Of a stretch of DNA of 64,000 nt, positions 54,894 to 64,000 are shown one piece after another; position 1 is the stretch's first letter; every line of letters starts with the position of its first letter. Position numbers and translations under genes: made by a program. The notes under the pieces were generated by a model. The model made no database searches. It saw only the letters and a list, made by a program, of their open reading frames with translations, and was not told the DNA's origin. Source of the DNA: an uncultured Bacteroidia bacterium (GTDB taxonomy: Bacteria; Bacteroidota; Bacteroidia; Bacteroidales; CAJPTX01); assembly GCA_963543925.1 (NCBI GenBank), contig CAUUCP010000005.1, positions 2,361-66,360 of the forward strand, given 5' to 3'.

Positions 54894-55910
54894 ATGCCAT
54901 CCACATATCGCGTTATAACGCTTAACCAGTTTATCATAGACCGACAGGCTGATTTCCCCTACGCCTCGGGGGAGTTTTCGCGCCTTCTCTATCACTTGGC
55001 TGTGGCTGCCAAGATTGTGAATAAGAAGGTCAACAAAGCGGGGCTCGTTGATATCTTGGGCGATGCTGGCTCGTCCAATGTGCAGGGAGAGGATCAGAAG
55101 AAGCTCGACGTCTTGGCGAATGAGCAGTTCATTCTGGCCTGTCGAAATAGTGGAGAGTGTTGTGGCGTGGTCTCGGAAGAAAATCAGGAGTCAATCCTCT
55201 TTGATACCGATCTGGCCAAGAACGGTAACTATATCGTGTGTATGGATCCCCTAGACGGTTCGTCCAATATCGACGTCAATGTTTCCATAGGGACGATTTT
55301 TAGTATTTACAGACGCCTTACTCCTCGCGGCGAGATGGCGAGGGAGGAGGATTTCCTCCAACCAGGACGCATGCAGTGCGCGGCAGGCTACGTGATCTAT
55401 GGCAGCTCCACCATGCTTGTCTATACCACAGGACGTGGGGTGTATGGGTTTACCCTCGACCCGAGCATCGGGGAGTTCTGTCTCTCGAACGCCAGTATCA
55501 CAACCCCTGAGCGAGGAACGATTTATAGTACGAACGAGGGGTATCTCCAGCAATTTTCCAAAGGGCTACAGGCGTACATCGCGGACTGTCAGGTATATAA
55601 TCCTGAACAAAAGAAGCCCTACAAAGGACGCTATATCGGTTCGCTTGTGGCGGACTTCCATCGCAATCTTTTGAAGGGCGGAATCTACATCTATCCTGCG
55701 ACGGCGGATGCGCCACATGGTAAACTGCGCCTTCTCTACGAGTGTAACCCGATGGCAATGCTTGCCGAGCAAGCCGGAGGTCTGGCAACGGATGGGAAGC
55801 AGCGTATCTTGGATATTGTCCCCAAGTCAGTCCACGAGCGTACCCCTCTTTTTGTCGGTGCAAAGGGTATGGTAGAAGATGCCATGCGCTTTTTGAAGGA
55901 GAATGACTGA
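54894..55910 (+). CDS. fbp: Fructose-1,6-bisphosphatase, class 1
   Basis: Motifs [52 protein letters not shown] and [12 protein letters not shown]. Confidence 0.95.
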   Translation: MPSTYRVITLNQFIIDRQADFPYASGEFSRLLYHLAVAAKIVNKKVNKAGLVDILGDAGSSNVQGEDQKKLDVLANEQFILACRNSGECCGVVSEENQESILFDTDLAKNGNYIVCMDPLDGSSNIDVNVSIGTIFSIYRRLTPRGEMAREEDFLQPGRMQCAAGYVIYGSSTMLVYTTGRGVYGFTLDPSIGEFCLSNASITTPERGTIYSTNEGYLQQFSKGLQAYIADCQVYNPEQKKPYKGRYIGSLVADFHRNLLKGGIYIYPATADAPHGKLRLLYECNPMAMLAEQAGGLATDGKQRILDIVPKSVHERTPLFVGAKGMVEDAMRFLKEND

Positions 55911-56039
55911 GGGGGAAGAAGGTTCTAAACCCTGCCCTGAATTGTTCCATGAGCGTGCTGCCCTATCTCGACGACGCCATGGATTCGTTTGGATACTGTC
56001 CCTATCTGGGCATTTGGATTCTAATATAAAGAACGCTCT

Positions 56040-57461
56040 ATGTTGAAGAATACCAAGATTGTAGCCACGCTTTCTAGTTTGCGTTGTGATCGCATCTTTA
56101 TCGAGCAACTCCTTGAGGCGGGAGTAAACGTTTTTCGTCTAAACACAGCACACCAGTCTCCTGAGGAGATGGGGGCGATGATCGATCAGTTACGAGAGTA
56201 TGCCCCAGAGGCTGCATTGTTGGTCGACACCAAGGGCCCAGAGCTTCGCACCTCTGCACATGGAGATGACCTAGAGGTCTCCGCAGGACAACTGATAGAG
56301 ATTTACGGAGATCCGAACGGAGTCTCGAAGGGAACAAGGCTTTACTTAACCTCAGACCGTTTCCTAGAGACCATTAGTGTCGGGAGTAAGGTCCTCATAG
56401 ACGACGGAGCGCTGGAATTGATAGTCGCCGAGTGTCATAAGGGGTCGGTTACCTGTCTCCCACAGAACGATGGCGTTATCAAGCGGCGCAAAAGTGTGAA
56501 TATCCCTGGTATCCCTATTGACTTGCCTACGCTCAGTGAGCGTGACAAAAGTTTTTTGCAAGTCGCTGCGCAGAAGAAGGTTCCTTTTATAGCCCATTCC
56601 TTCGTACGGACAAGGGAGGACATTGAGCGGGTACAAGCTTTTTTGGCAAATGAAGGAAGCAGCGCCCGTATTATTGCCAAGATAGAGAATCAACAAGGGA
56701 TTGATAACATCGATCAGATCCTCGACGTCGCCTATGGGGTCATGGTGGCGCGAGGAGACCTCGGGATTGAAATCCCAGGCGAGTGTGTCCCCCCCGCACA
56801 ACGCATGATTGTAAAAAAGTGCATTGAGAGCAAGAAGCCAGTCATCATTGCCACGCAGATGCTCCATACCATGATAGAGAATCCACGACCCACACGAGCC
56901 GAGATTAGCGACGTCGCGAATGCGATCTACCAAGGGGTGGACGCTATCATGTTGAGCGGAGAAACCGCCAATGGAAAATATCCTGTCGAGTCTGTACAAA
57001 CCATGGCGCGCATCGCCGAGGAGATCGAAAAGTATACGCCAAAGGATTTAGATCAGAAGCTCCATCGGGTCTCCAATCCACTTACAGAGACCTTGGCGCG
57101 CATGGCTGTCCGTGCCTGTGAAAGGATGCCGATAAAGGCGATTATCGCCGATACCCTCACGGGGAGAACGCCGCGTTATTTGTCCGCTTTCAGAGGTAAA
57201 ATCCCTGTCTTTGCTATTTGTTATAAAAAGCACGTGGTGAGTGAACTACAACTTTCCTACGGCGTACAACCCATGTACATGGAGCGGCAGACTTCCCGCG
57301 ATGTCTTCGTATCCACTACGCTCAGGATGCTATTGGAACAAGGGAAGGTCGGGAAAGAGGATTATATATTGGTGCTCGCTGGTAGCTTCGGTTCAACGAA
57401 TGGTGCGTCCTTTGTAGAGATTTGTCAGGTTAGAGGAATTCTAGAATCTGGGCAAGAATAG
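56040..57461 (+). CDS. pyk: Pyruvate kinase
   Basis: Motifs TKIVATL, NVFRLNTAH, DTKGPELRT, IIAKIENQQGIDNIDQIL, MVARGDLGIEIP and ATQMLHTMI. Confidence 0.95.
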   Translation: MLKNTKIVATLSSLRCDRIFIEQLLEAGVNVFRLNTAHQSPEEMGAMIDQLREYAPEAALLVDTKGPELRTSAHGDDLEVSAGQLIEIYGDPNGVSKGTRLYLTSDRFLETISVGSKVLIDDGALELIVAECHKGSVTCLPQNDGVIKRRKSVNIPGIPIDLPTLSERDKSFLQVAAQKKVPFIAHSFVRTREDIERVQAFLANEGSSARIIAKIENQQGIDNIDQILDVAYGVMVARGDLGIEIPGECVPPAQRMIVKKCIESKKPVIIATQMLHTMIENPRPTRAEISDVANAIYQGVDAIMLSGETANGKYPVESVQTMARIAEEIEKYTPKDLDQKLHRVSNPLTETLARMAVRACERMPIKAIIADTLTGRTPRYLSAFRGKIPVFAICYKKHVVSELQLSYGVQPMYMERQTSRDVFVSTTLRMLLEQGKVGKEDYILVLAGSFGSTNGASFVEICQVRGILESGQE

Positions 57462-57467
57462 AGCACT

Positions 57468-58043
57468 ATGAGTCTTGTGGCTTTGGATGGTCTCCACGTG
57501 GGAGAATTGATGCTACGGCGTACCACCCGTCCCGTACAACTCTTGGAGATCGCAGCGCTTTACGAAGCATCTTTTCCGTTCGAGGAAAGGCGTTCTGTAC
57601 AGAGTATGGCAGAGGCGCTGGGGTCTTCGTCGGTTTACTTCTTTCGTATTTACTTGGGCGATACGTGTATCGGTATGCTGCACTGTTGGCTCTTCGATCA
57701 CGTGGTGTATTGCGAACATTTCGCTATAGCGAGCCACCACAGAAACCGTCATTACGGACAAATGATTCTCCGGACGCTCCTTGCGACTACACCCAAGCCC
57801 TTACTTTTGGAAGTGGAGCCTCCTACTGACGAGATGAGTACACGACGTCTCAATTTTTATGAACGGGAGGGGCTCGCGGTCATAAAGACCGACTATGAAC
57901 AACCGCCCTACCATCCTTCGTTACCTCCGTTGTCTCTTTACCTAGTATCTAACGACTCGCATCTTTCGCCCCAGGCGATCGCACAAACGATCCTTGAGTT
58001 GCAGGCACAGGTTTATCGAACCGAAGATCCATTGAAGAAATAG
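57468..58043 (+). CDS. GNAT family N-acetyltransferase
   Basis: 191 aa. The acetyl-CoA-binding-like segment is FAIASHHRNRHYGQMIL, followed by NFYEREG. Confidence 0.65.
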   Translation: MSLVALDGLHVGELMLRRTTRPVQLLEIAALYEASFPFEERRSVQSMAEALGSSSVYFFRIYLGDTCIGMLHCWLFDHVVYCEHFAIASHHRNRHYGQMILRTLLATTPKPLLLEVEPPTDEMSTRRLNFYEREGLAVIKTDYEQPPYHPSLPPLSLYLVSNDSHLSPQAIAQTILELQAQVYRTEDPLKK

Positions 58044-58047
58044 CCGT

Positions 58048-58719
58048 ATGCCTGAAACACAACCCTTAGTGACTATCCGTGGGGTAACAAAACGATACGA
58101 ACAGTTGGAGGTGCTCCATGCCATAGATTTGGACATCTCCCCTGCCGCCGTGACAACCATTGTAGGCGCCTCTGGAGCGGGGAAAAGCACCTTGTTGCAG
58201 ATACTCGGGACGATGCTTTACCCCGATGCTGGTACGGTTTGTTTTCGGGCACAGAACGTCTTTGCGCTGCCCCCCAAGCAGCTTGCACGCTTTCGCAATA
58301 GTGCCATAGGTTTCGTCTTCCAATTCCATCATCTCCTACCAGAGTTTACGGCGCTGGAAAATGTCTGTCTCCCTGCCCTCATACAGGGGATGAGTTTCCG
58401 TGGCGTCCGAGAGAAGGCCATTCGTTGGCTCGACTTTCTCGGTTTGCATCAACGTCTAGGACACAAGCCCCACCAACTCTCGGGGGGGGAACAGCAACGT
58501 GTGGCAGTGGCGCGAGCGCTTATCAACGAACCTCAATTGATTTTAGCAGACGAACCCTCGGGTAATCTTGACACGGGAAATAAGGAGGAGCTTCACGCTC
58601 TTTTCTTTCGTCTACGGGATGAGTTCCACCAGACGTTTGTTATTGTGACACACGACCCAGATCTGGCGCGCCAATCCGATCGAGTGGTACGCATGGAAGA
58701 TGGGCGAATATTGGATTAA
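58048..58719 (+). CDS. ABC transporter ATP-binding protein (LolD/MacB-type)
   Basis: Walker A is GASGAGKSTLL, the signature is LSGGEQQRVAVARAL, and Walker B is LILADEPSGNLD. Confidence 0.85.
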   Translation: MPETQPLVTIRGVTKRYEQLEVLHAIDLDISPAAVTTIVGASGAGKSTLLQILGTMLYPDAGTVCFRAQNVFALPPKQLARFRNSAIGFVFQFHHLLPEFTALENVCLPALIQGMSFRGVREKAIRWLDFLGLHQRLGHKPHQLSGGEQQRVAVARALINEPQLILADEPSGNLDTGNKEELHALFFRLRDEFHQTFVIVTHDPDLARQSDRVVRMEDGRILD

Positions 58720-58725
58720 GCGGGA

Positions 58726-59445
58726 ATGATGGCACGCGGGCGAGACTATTTCCAATTCAAACAGTTTACGGTACACCAAACGCGCGATGTCATGCGCGTG
58801 AATACCGATGGGGTCTTGCTCGGGGCTTGGACTCCAGATGTCGTAGGACGTCGTATCTTGGAGATCGGATCGGGGACGGGGGTCGTCTCACTGCAACTCC
58901 TCCAGCGTGGCGCCCGTTGGGTGGATGCGATTGATATTGATTGTGAAGCTTATCTGCAGACTAGAGAGAACGCATTGCGCTCTCCCTGGGCTGCGCAGAT
59001 GGCGGTGATACATTCCTCACTCCAGCTTTTTGTAGAAAACTATGAAGAGCCGTATGAGCTCATCGTGAGTAATCCCCCTTATTACGAACACGCGCTTCTT
59101 TCACCCAATACGCGGCGTAACCAGATGCGCCATACAGAGTTCTTACCTACCGAAGAGCTATTAGCTGGGGTGGTCGCATGTCTGAGCCCAGAGGGGCGTT
59201 TCGTGGCGATCTTCCCGCTTGCTGAGGGGAGTACCTTTGTGGCTCGTGCGGCCGCGGAGGGGCTCTATTGCAGTAGACAGGTGGCCATAGCAGATCGTCC
59301 GCTGCGCTCGACAAAACGTCTACTGTGTGAGTTCCGTCGCGAGCAGTGTACTCCAATGGTCGAGGAACTTTTTATTCGCAATACGTCAGGAGAGTATTCC
59401 GCCGAGTATCGAGCGTTAACCTCGCCTTTTTATTTGAATTTCTAG
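58726..59445 (+). CDS. tRNA (adenine-N6)-methyltransferase-like SAM methyltransferase (TrmN6/YfiC family)
   Basis: FQFKQFTVHQ..DVMRVNTDGVLLGAW N-terminus. The SAM motif is ILEIGSGTGVVSL and the catalytic motif is VSNPPYY. Confidence 0.8.
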   Translation: MMARGRDYFQFKQFTVHQTRDVMRVNTDGVLLGAWTPDVVGRRILEIGSGTGVVSLQLLQRGARWVDAIDIDCEAYLQTRENALRSPWAAQMAVIHSSLQLFVENYEEPYELIVSNPPYYEHALLSPNTRRNQMRHTEFLPTEELLAGVVACLSPEGRFVAIFPLAEGSTFVARAAAEGLYCSRQVAIADRPLRSTKRLLCEFRREQCTPMVEELFIRNTSGEYSAEYRALTSPFYLNF

Positions 59446-59472
59446 GATAAGTGTCTCTTAGCATACTTGTTG

Positions 59473-59488
59473 TACCTTTGCAAAGGTA
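59473..59488. promoter_or_regulatory. Perfect 16-bp palindrome TACCTTTGCAAAGGTA containing a -7 box on both strands
   Basis: TACCTTTG | CAAAGGTA is exactly self-complementary. The plus-strand TACCTTTG lies 50 nt upstream of the ATG at 59530. Confidence 0.45.
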
Positions 59489-59529
59489 ACGATGGGTGTG
59501 CCCATAAATAGATATAAGTAGTTAGTAAT

Positions 59530-60885
59530 ATGGAGATGAGTAGTATGTGGAAAAAACTCGTGACAACGCTCGCCTTTGTCGGATTGCTGGGGGGCGTATT
59601 TGCACAGAGTGGGACGGTACCGTTAGAGATAGTAAAATCCGACGAAGGACGCATTGAGATCCGCAAGACGGAATTCGAGGGATCTACAGATGATCCTGAT
59701 AATGTGATCATCAACAAGATTCTAGAGAAGGCAGAAGAGTCACCCTACAATATCGAAAAGGGATTTTTCTATGCCGTGGTGATCTATCCGAAGAAAGGTT
59801 TTGCTGTTGAAAAGGTGGTTTGGGAAAATGAGAATGGGAATCCTAAGCAGAGGGATTTGACTATACAGAATCGTTTCAATAGTAACGGCGAATTTCAGTA
59901 CAAGTTCGCCTTGTTTGGTTATAGCAGCAAAACACCCGTAACGAGCTCGAAGCTTATTCCTACGTTTGTCAAAAGCTCTGTCGTAGTGAATTTCCCTCCC
60001 CTAGAGCGTGAGAAGGGGAGTTTCAAGCTTTTCTCTTTGGAAGATAAGGATAATCCAAAGGAACTCGCTACGGGGGATGAGGTGCCGCAGGAGTCTTTTG
60101 TCAAGATTCAGGTAACCCCGTTTGATAAGACTAAGCGCCCGAAGGTGAGTTATATGAACAAGACCAAGATGGTTTCTATGCGTTCTCTGGTGGGGAAGTC
60201 TGGTGTATTCGAAGGGCAGTTCAATGTAGGGAAGGATAATGTAACGCTTGATGACATTACATTTGAAAAAGACAACGTACAGGTTGTGGTCACCTTCCCG
60301 CCTAAGAAACTAGGTACCATGGTGCTCAAGAGTAAAGAAATGGATAATGCGGAACTAAAGGAGCTCAAGGGATCAGAATCCGTACTCCGGAATTCGGAAC
60401 TCGCGTTTGAAATTACCACTGCTGATCCCGCAAAAGAACCAACCTTGACCTATATTTATGCTCAGGAGCAGTTGGATCAAGAGGGGAAAGGGAAAATGGG
60501 AAAAGAGGAAGACGAGAAGGTCGATCTCCCCTTAAAGAAGGGAGATGATGGTATCTACAGAGCCACCTTGACTAAGGTGTTATTCCCCGTGAGTTTCCAG
60601 CTTAAGTTTGGGAATGAAGATGTGACTAACCCAGTGGAAGAGAGTGTGTTGGACAATGTCTCGGTATTCCCTAATCCGTTCGATAGTCGCTTCTATATCC
60701 AAGCTCCAGAAGGAGAGGTGACGGGCTATGAACTCCTCTCGTTGCAGGGACAACTCCTTCAAACTGGCGTAGTCACGGGGGCAAAGAGTGTGGTCAATAC
60801 CGAAGAGCTCCCCTTGGGAATGTACCTCCTTCGTGTAAAAGGAGTGCGTGGCGAGACAAAGACCTTGCGTATTATAAAGCGTTAA
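59530..60885 (+). CDS. T9SS type-A CTD secreted protein of unknown function
   Basis: Signal peptide KKLVTTLAFVGLLGGVFAQ. The protein is Lys/Glu-rich and repetitive with beta-sandwich-like modules. The CTD is VSVFPNPFDSRFYIQAP...LPLGMYLLRVKGVRGETKTLRIIKR. Confidence 0.8.
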   Translation: MEMSSMWKKLVTTLAFVGLLGGVFAQSGTVPLEIVKSDEGRIEIRKTEFEGSTDDPDNVIINKILEKAEESPYNIEKGFFYAVVIYPKKGFAVEKVVWENENGNPKQRDLTIQNRFNSNGEFQYKFALFGYSSKTPVTSSKLIPTFVKSSVVVNFPPLEREKGSFKLFSLEDKDNPKELATGDEVPQESFVKIQVTPFDKTKRPKVSYMNKTKMVSMRSLVGKSGVFEGQFNVGKDNVTLDDITFEKDNVQVVVTFPPKKLGTMVLKSKEMDNAELKELKGSESVLRNSELAFEITTADPAKEPTLTYIYAQEQLDQEGKGKMGKEEDEKVDLPLKKGDDGIYRATLTKVLFPVSFQLKFGNEDVTNPVEESVLDNVSVFPNPFDSRFYIQAPEGEVTGYELLSLQGQLLQTGVVTGAKSVVNTEELPLGMYLLRVKGVRGETKTLRIIKR

Positions 60886-60983
60886 GTATACATAGTGTGT
60901 ATACGAAGTGGTTTATTTTTCCTAACTTGCCAACAAGAAAAAAGGCAGTCTTTTGCCAATCACTTACCTAAAACGTTACACCA

Positions 60984-62192
60984 ATGGTTAAGGAATTGGA
61001 TTCGTTGTTCTCTTCGAGTGCAAAGCGGATGCGTCGCTCCGCGATCCGTGAATTGTTGAAGTTGGTTCAGAAGCCCGACATCATCTCGTTTGCTGGCGGC
61101 TTGCCCGCACCAGAGACCTTCCCTGTGGAAGAGATGAAAGAGATCATCGTAAAGATGTTGGACGAAGAGGGACGCCAAGCCATGCAGTATGGGGCTACGG
61201 AGGGGGATATGCGCCTCCGCGAGCTCTTGGTAGCACGTTACCAGAAGCAGGGCCTCAAGGTCTCTCTTGAAAACTTGATTATTACCACCGCTTCGCAACA
61301 AGCACTGGACTTGCTCCCTAAGATCTTTGTAGACAAGGGAGATACTATCATTTGCGGATTGCCCTCATACTTGGGAGCGCTACAAGCGTTTGTCAACTAT
61401 GGTGCTAATCTGGTCGGAGTACCGCTGGATGACAAGGGGATGCGTGCTGACCTGCTCGACGCCAAGCTCGCCGAGTTGCAGAAGCAGGGGATTCGCCCTA
61501 AGTTCATCTACTGTATCCCTGACTTCCAGAACCCTGCGGGTATTACCATGCCCGAGTCGCGACGGAAAGAGATTATCGCCATTGCGCAGAAGTATGATAT
61601 CTTGATCCTTGAGGATAGCCCTTACCGTGAAATCCGATTTGCAGGTAAGGAACAACCCACGATCTATCAATTGGCTGACGAAGGGCGTGTCGTACTCTTG
61701 GGAACCTTCTCAAAGACTTTTGCGCCAGGATTCCGTATCGGGTGGGTAATTGCAGATCCGCAGATTATCGACAAGATTGTCATGGCAAAGCAGGCTACCG
61801 ACCTCTGTACCCCGCCTTTTGTACAGAAGATCGCAGCTCGTTATATGGAGGCGGGGCTCTTTGATAAGAACCTCGTCGGGATCATTGAAAACTATCGCGA
61901 AAAGCGACAGGTCATGATCGACTCCTTCAAGAAGTACATGCCCGAGGGGGTTACCTGGACCGAGCCCGAGGGGGGATTGTTCCTCTTCCTAACCTTGCCA
62001 GAGTATATGGATGCTGAGGAACTCTTCAAGATTGCGATCGAGGAGAAAGTCGCTTTCGTACTGGGGACGACCTTCTTCTGCGACGGTACGGGAAAGAACA
62101 CACTTCGTTGCAACTTCTCTTACATGTCCAAGGAAAAGAATGAAGAGGGAGTAAAGCGCCTTGCGAACGCCATCAAGAAGCTTATGAAATAG
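60984..62192 (+). CDS. PLP-dependent aminotransferase (class I/II, aminoadipate/aromatic aminotransferase-like)
   Basis: N-terminal IRELLKLVQKPDIISFAGGLPAPETFP, then QNPAGITM, and the PLP-lysine region LGTFSKTFAPGFRIGW. Confidence 0.85.
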   Translation: MVKELDSLFSSSAKRMRRSAIRELLKLVQKPDIISFAGGLPAPETFPVEEMKEIIVKMLDEEGRQAMQYGATEGDMRLRELLVARYQKQGLKVSLENLIITTASQQALDLLPKIFVDKGDTIICGLPSYLGALQAFVNYGANLVGVPLDDKGMRADLLDAKLAELQKQGIRPKFIYCIPDFQNPAGITMPESRRKEIIAIAQKYDILILEDSPYREIRFAGKEQPTIYQLADEGRVVLLGTFSKTFAPGFRIGWVIADPQIIDKIVMAKQATDLCTPPFVQKIAARYMEAGLFDKNLVGIIENYREKRQVMIDSFKKYMPEGVTWTEPEGGLFLFLTLPEYMDAEELFKIAIEEKVAFVLGTTFFCDGTGKNTLRCNFSYMSKEKNEEGVKRLANAIKKLMK

Positions 62193-62227
62193 GTAGCGTA
62201 GGGCTTTCTGCGCCAACCTTTACTGAA

Positions 62228-62259
62228 AACGTAGCCCTATGATTGGGGCTACGTTTTTT
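62228..62259 (+). terminator. Rho-independent terminator downstream of the aminotransferase gene
   Basis: AACGTAGCCC (62228-62237) pairs with GGGCTACGTT (62246-62255) across an 8-nt loop and runs into TTTTTT. Confidence 0.75.
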
Positions 62260-62576
62260 GTATAAGAAAAATGGTGGGGATTATCTTGGGCGTTGTATTG
62301 TGGACTGCCCACGTCAGCATTTCATACCGCTATACGTTATGGCGCTAGGTCACAAAGAGAGCATCAATGGTAGAGAGGTGTCTATTGTGCTGTTACCTTG
62401 TCTTGGTAGCCCATCTTTTTTACTTTTGTGGTGTAAAGGTTGTGGAACGAGTGAGGTCGGTAACGTGAATTTCAGAGCGTGTGGAGAGTACACTTAATTT
62501 GTTAATTTTGGAGCACGAGTATTCTGGTGGGGCGTGAAACTAAAAGGCATTAGGGGTAGGAAACTTTGACGGAAAG

Positions 62577-64000
62577 ATGATGGGGTGGTATGAGTTATCG
62601 GAGTCAGGGGCTGGTAAGCTCTCTTTTCGGAGTGGAAGCTGGGGGCGTATCTTCTGGCTAATCCTCTTGCTTCTTAGTCCTGTGTTACCTCTTTTGGGGC
62701 AAACGCCCGATTCGTTAGCAGCGTCCTCGCAAACGCAGAAACGTATAAAAGCGAAGTTTGAAGTCTTGACGGCGAATGAGACCCCCTTTGTAGGGATGGT
62801 AATCTTGGTCAGTGACGGAGGAGACCGAGTCTATCTTCATCCCAATCGTTTCGGACTGGCCTTTGTCGACCTTCTTCCCGAAACGCGGTATTCTGTCTCC
62901 GTGGACGGTTTTCCAAAGTTTACACACTTGGTCACAAGTTCGCTAGAGGAAGGGGATATGGAAAACGAACTGATCCTCCCCCCTACGGTATTGCACGGAC
63001 AGACTGCGCAAGAGGGGCATGGGCTCATCCTTTTTACTTATCTAGATAAAGATGCACAGCCCCTTGCCGATCGTCTTCTCTACTGTACGGCGGACAATGG
63101 TCAGTTCTATACAGGGCGCACGGACAGGTTTGGTAAGGCGCGTGTGGAGGTGCCTCTTGGACATCGCTACACCTTTAGTGTGGAGGAACAAAAAGAGTTT
63201 GACGAGCATACCTTTACTCTTTACCCTCCGTTGCAGACCGCCGAGATCTCGCTCATGCAGGGAAAGCCACACGTCAAGAAAAAGCCAGCTGTGGCTCAGC
63301 AACGGACGATTTCTCAACGGAAGGTTGTCCCCGCGAAGCCTCGTTTTCATACTCGGCGAGATAGTTTGCAGGCAGCTACGCGGCGTATCAAACCGATTAA
63401 GACGAAACAATCACCACAGGCGTTTACTATCCCTGTACGGGCAACGCCTCAGACAGAACCTATCGTCGCGAAGCGGATACTTGAGGGCGTCTATATGTTG
63501 CGAAATGTCGTGCAGCGAGAAAGTAGTGTTGACACCCTATTTATCAATCATTCGCAGCTTACGCTTCTTCAAACTCTTGATCGTAAGATCTATGACAGTG
63601 CTGTCTATGTCGTGGACGTCACGTGTAGTATGGATTTCTTTTTAGACGAATATCTCCTCTGGCTCTCATTGACCGAAGATACTCCTCATCTTTTGGGAGG
63701 CGTCTTCTTTAACGATGGAGATAATCTCCCTGATGAAGCTAAACCTATTGGTATGACAGGGGGGATTCGAGCCACGAGTCCCACGCTTGAGGAGGCTACC
63801 GAGGTGCTCGCAACCTCGATCTCCTACGACTGCGGCGGTGCGACGCCAGAGAATGACCTAGAGGCGCTCCTGTATGCCCAAGCTCATTTCCCAGAAGCTA
63901 AGCAGTTTATCTTGGTCGCCGACAATGGAAGTGACGTGCGCGATCTAGAGCTTCTCTCTCAACTTGAGAAACCAGTACACGTGATCCTCTGCTCGTCCTC
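62577..64000 (+). CDS. Hypothetical secreted protein, N-terminal part (runs off the window); beta-sandwich modules plus a vWA-like domain
   Basis: This ORF is not in the supplied track because it has no stop. ATGATG at 62577 is followed by an uninterrupted frame to nt 64000. It has a signal-like WGRIFWLILLLLSPVLPLLGQ, two CarboxypepD_reg-like segments, then VYVVDVTCSMDFF (DxTxS, MIDAS-like) and ILVADNGSD. Confidence 0.6.
   Translation, partial: MMGWYELSESGAGKLSFRSGSWGRIFWLILLLLSPVLPLLGQTPDSLAASSQTQKRIKAKFEVLTANETPFVGMVILVSDGGDRVYLHPNRFGLAFVDLLPETRYSVSVDGFPKFTHLVTSSLEEGDMENELILPPTVLHGQTAQEGHGLILFTYLDKDAQPLADRLLYCTADNGQFYTGRTDRFGKARVEVPLGHRYTFSVEEQKEFDEHTFTLYPPLQTAEISLMQGKPHVKKKPAVAQQRTISQRKVVPAKPRFHTRRDSLQAATRRIKPIKTKQSPQAFTIPVRATPQTEPIVAKRILEGVYMLRNVVQRESSVDTLFINHSQLTLLQTLDRKIYDSAVYVVDVTCSMDFFLDEYLLWLSLTEDTPHLLGGVFFNDGDNLPDEAKPIGMTGGIRATSPTLEEATEVLATSISYDCGGATPENDLEALLYAQAHFPEAKQFILVADNGSDVRDLELLSQLEKPVHVILCSS

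Noticed and set aside
56364-56999. 211-aa ORF antisense to pyk. Similar long antisense ORFs occur at 22664-23269, 34397-34984 and 45899-46510.
   Set aside because: All lie opposite strongly supported genes, or opposite a gene plus its upstream region. They have biased, low-complexity composition and no start-site signals.
58482-58489. G8 tract inside the ABC ATPase gene as a phase-variation site
   Set aside because: It encodes the conserved LSGGEQ signature (tcG GGG GGG Gaa). The run follows from codon choice in a housekeeping gene, and I see no evidence of a switch.
62243-62497. 84-aa ORF in the gap after the aminotransferase gene
   Set aside because: It is a Cys/Gly-rich product with no signal peptide or motif. 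It begins inside the terminator T-run and has no promoter box.

Overview
This 64-kb window looks like chromosomal DNA from a Bacteroidota genome. The evidence is T9SS type-A and type-B C-terminal sorting domains, a PorP/SprF gene, CarboxypepD_reg-type outer-membrane barrels, DUF1573, and many TAnnTTTG -7 boxes 18-45 nt upstream of start codons. I cannot assign genus from the sequence alone.

Most of the window is dense housekeeping coding sequence: polA, ddl, nfo, sbcCD, nadCA, mutS2, fbp, pyk, selU, ABC transporters, FKBP isomerases and a BamA/TamA-like protein. Accessory content interrupts it in several places:

1. Two paralogous BspA/DUF285 leucine-rich-repeat surface proteins. One is a 1628-aa LRR + Big_2 + T9SS-CTD adhesin.
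2. An AT-rich islet between them carrying an ABC-like ATPase + RloB (Toprim-like) gene pair of the AbiL/RloAB type.
3. An orphan AAA-ATPase/PD-(D/E)XK gene next to sbcCD.
4. A T9SS type-B cargo + PorP/SprF pair preceded by an unrecognisable secreted protein.

The least explained signal is non-coding. It is a ~350-385 bp element bounded by inverted repeats and present four times (12797-13169, 13172-13555, 24899-25250, 34181-34526). Most copies carry a 7-bp-arm palindrome, and all carry a phased array of four to seven 11-bp direct repeats (GTGTAGAGTAC-like). Every copy sits between divergently transcribed genes, and three of the four keep the same polarity relative to those genes. In one copy the 11-bp array is flipped relative to the shared arm. 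No transposase, recombinase or conserved ORF accompanies it in this window.

All calls come from reading the sequence and the ORF track. No database search was run.
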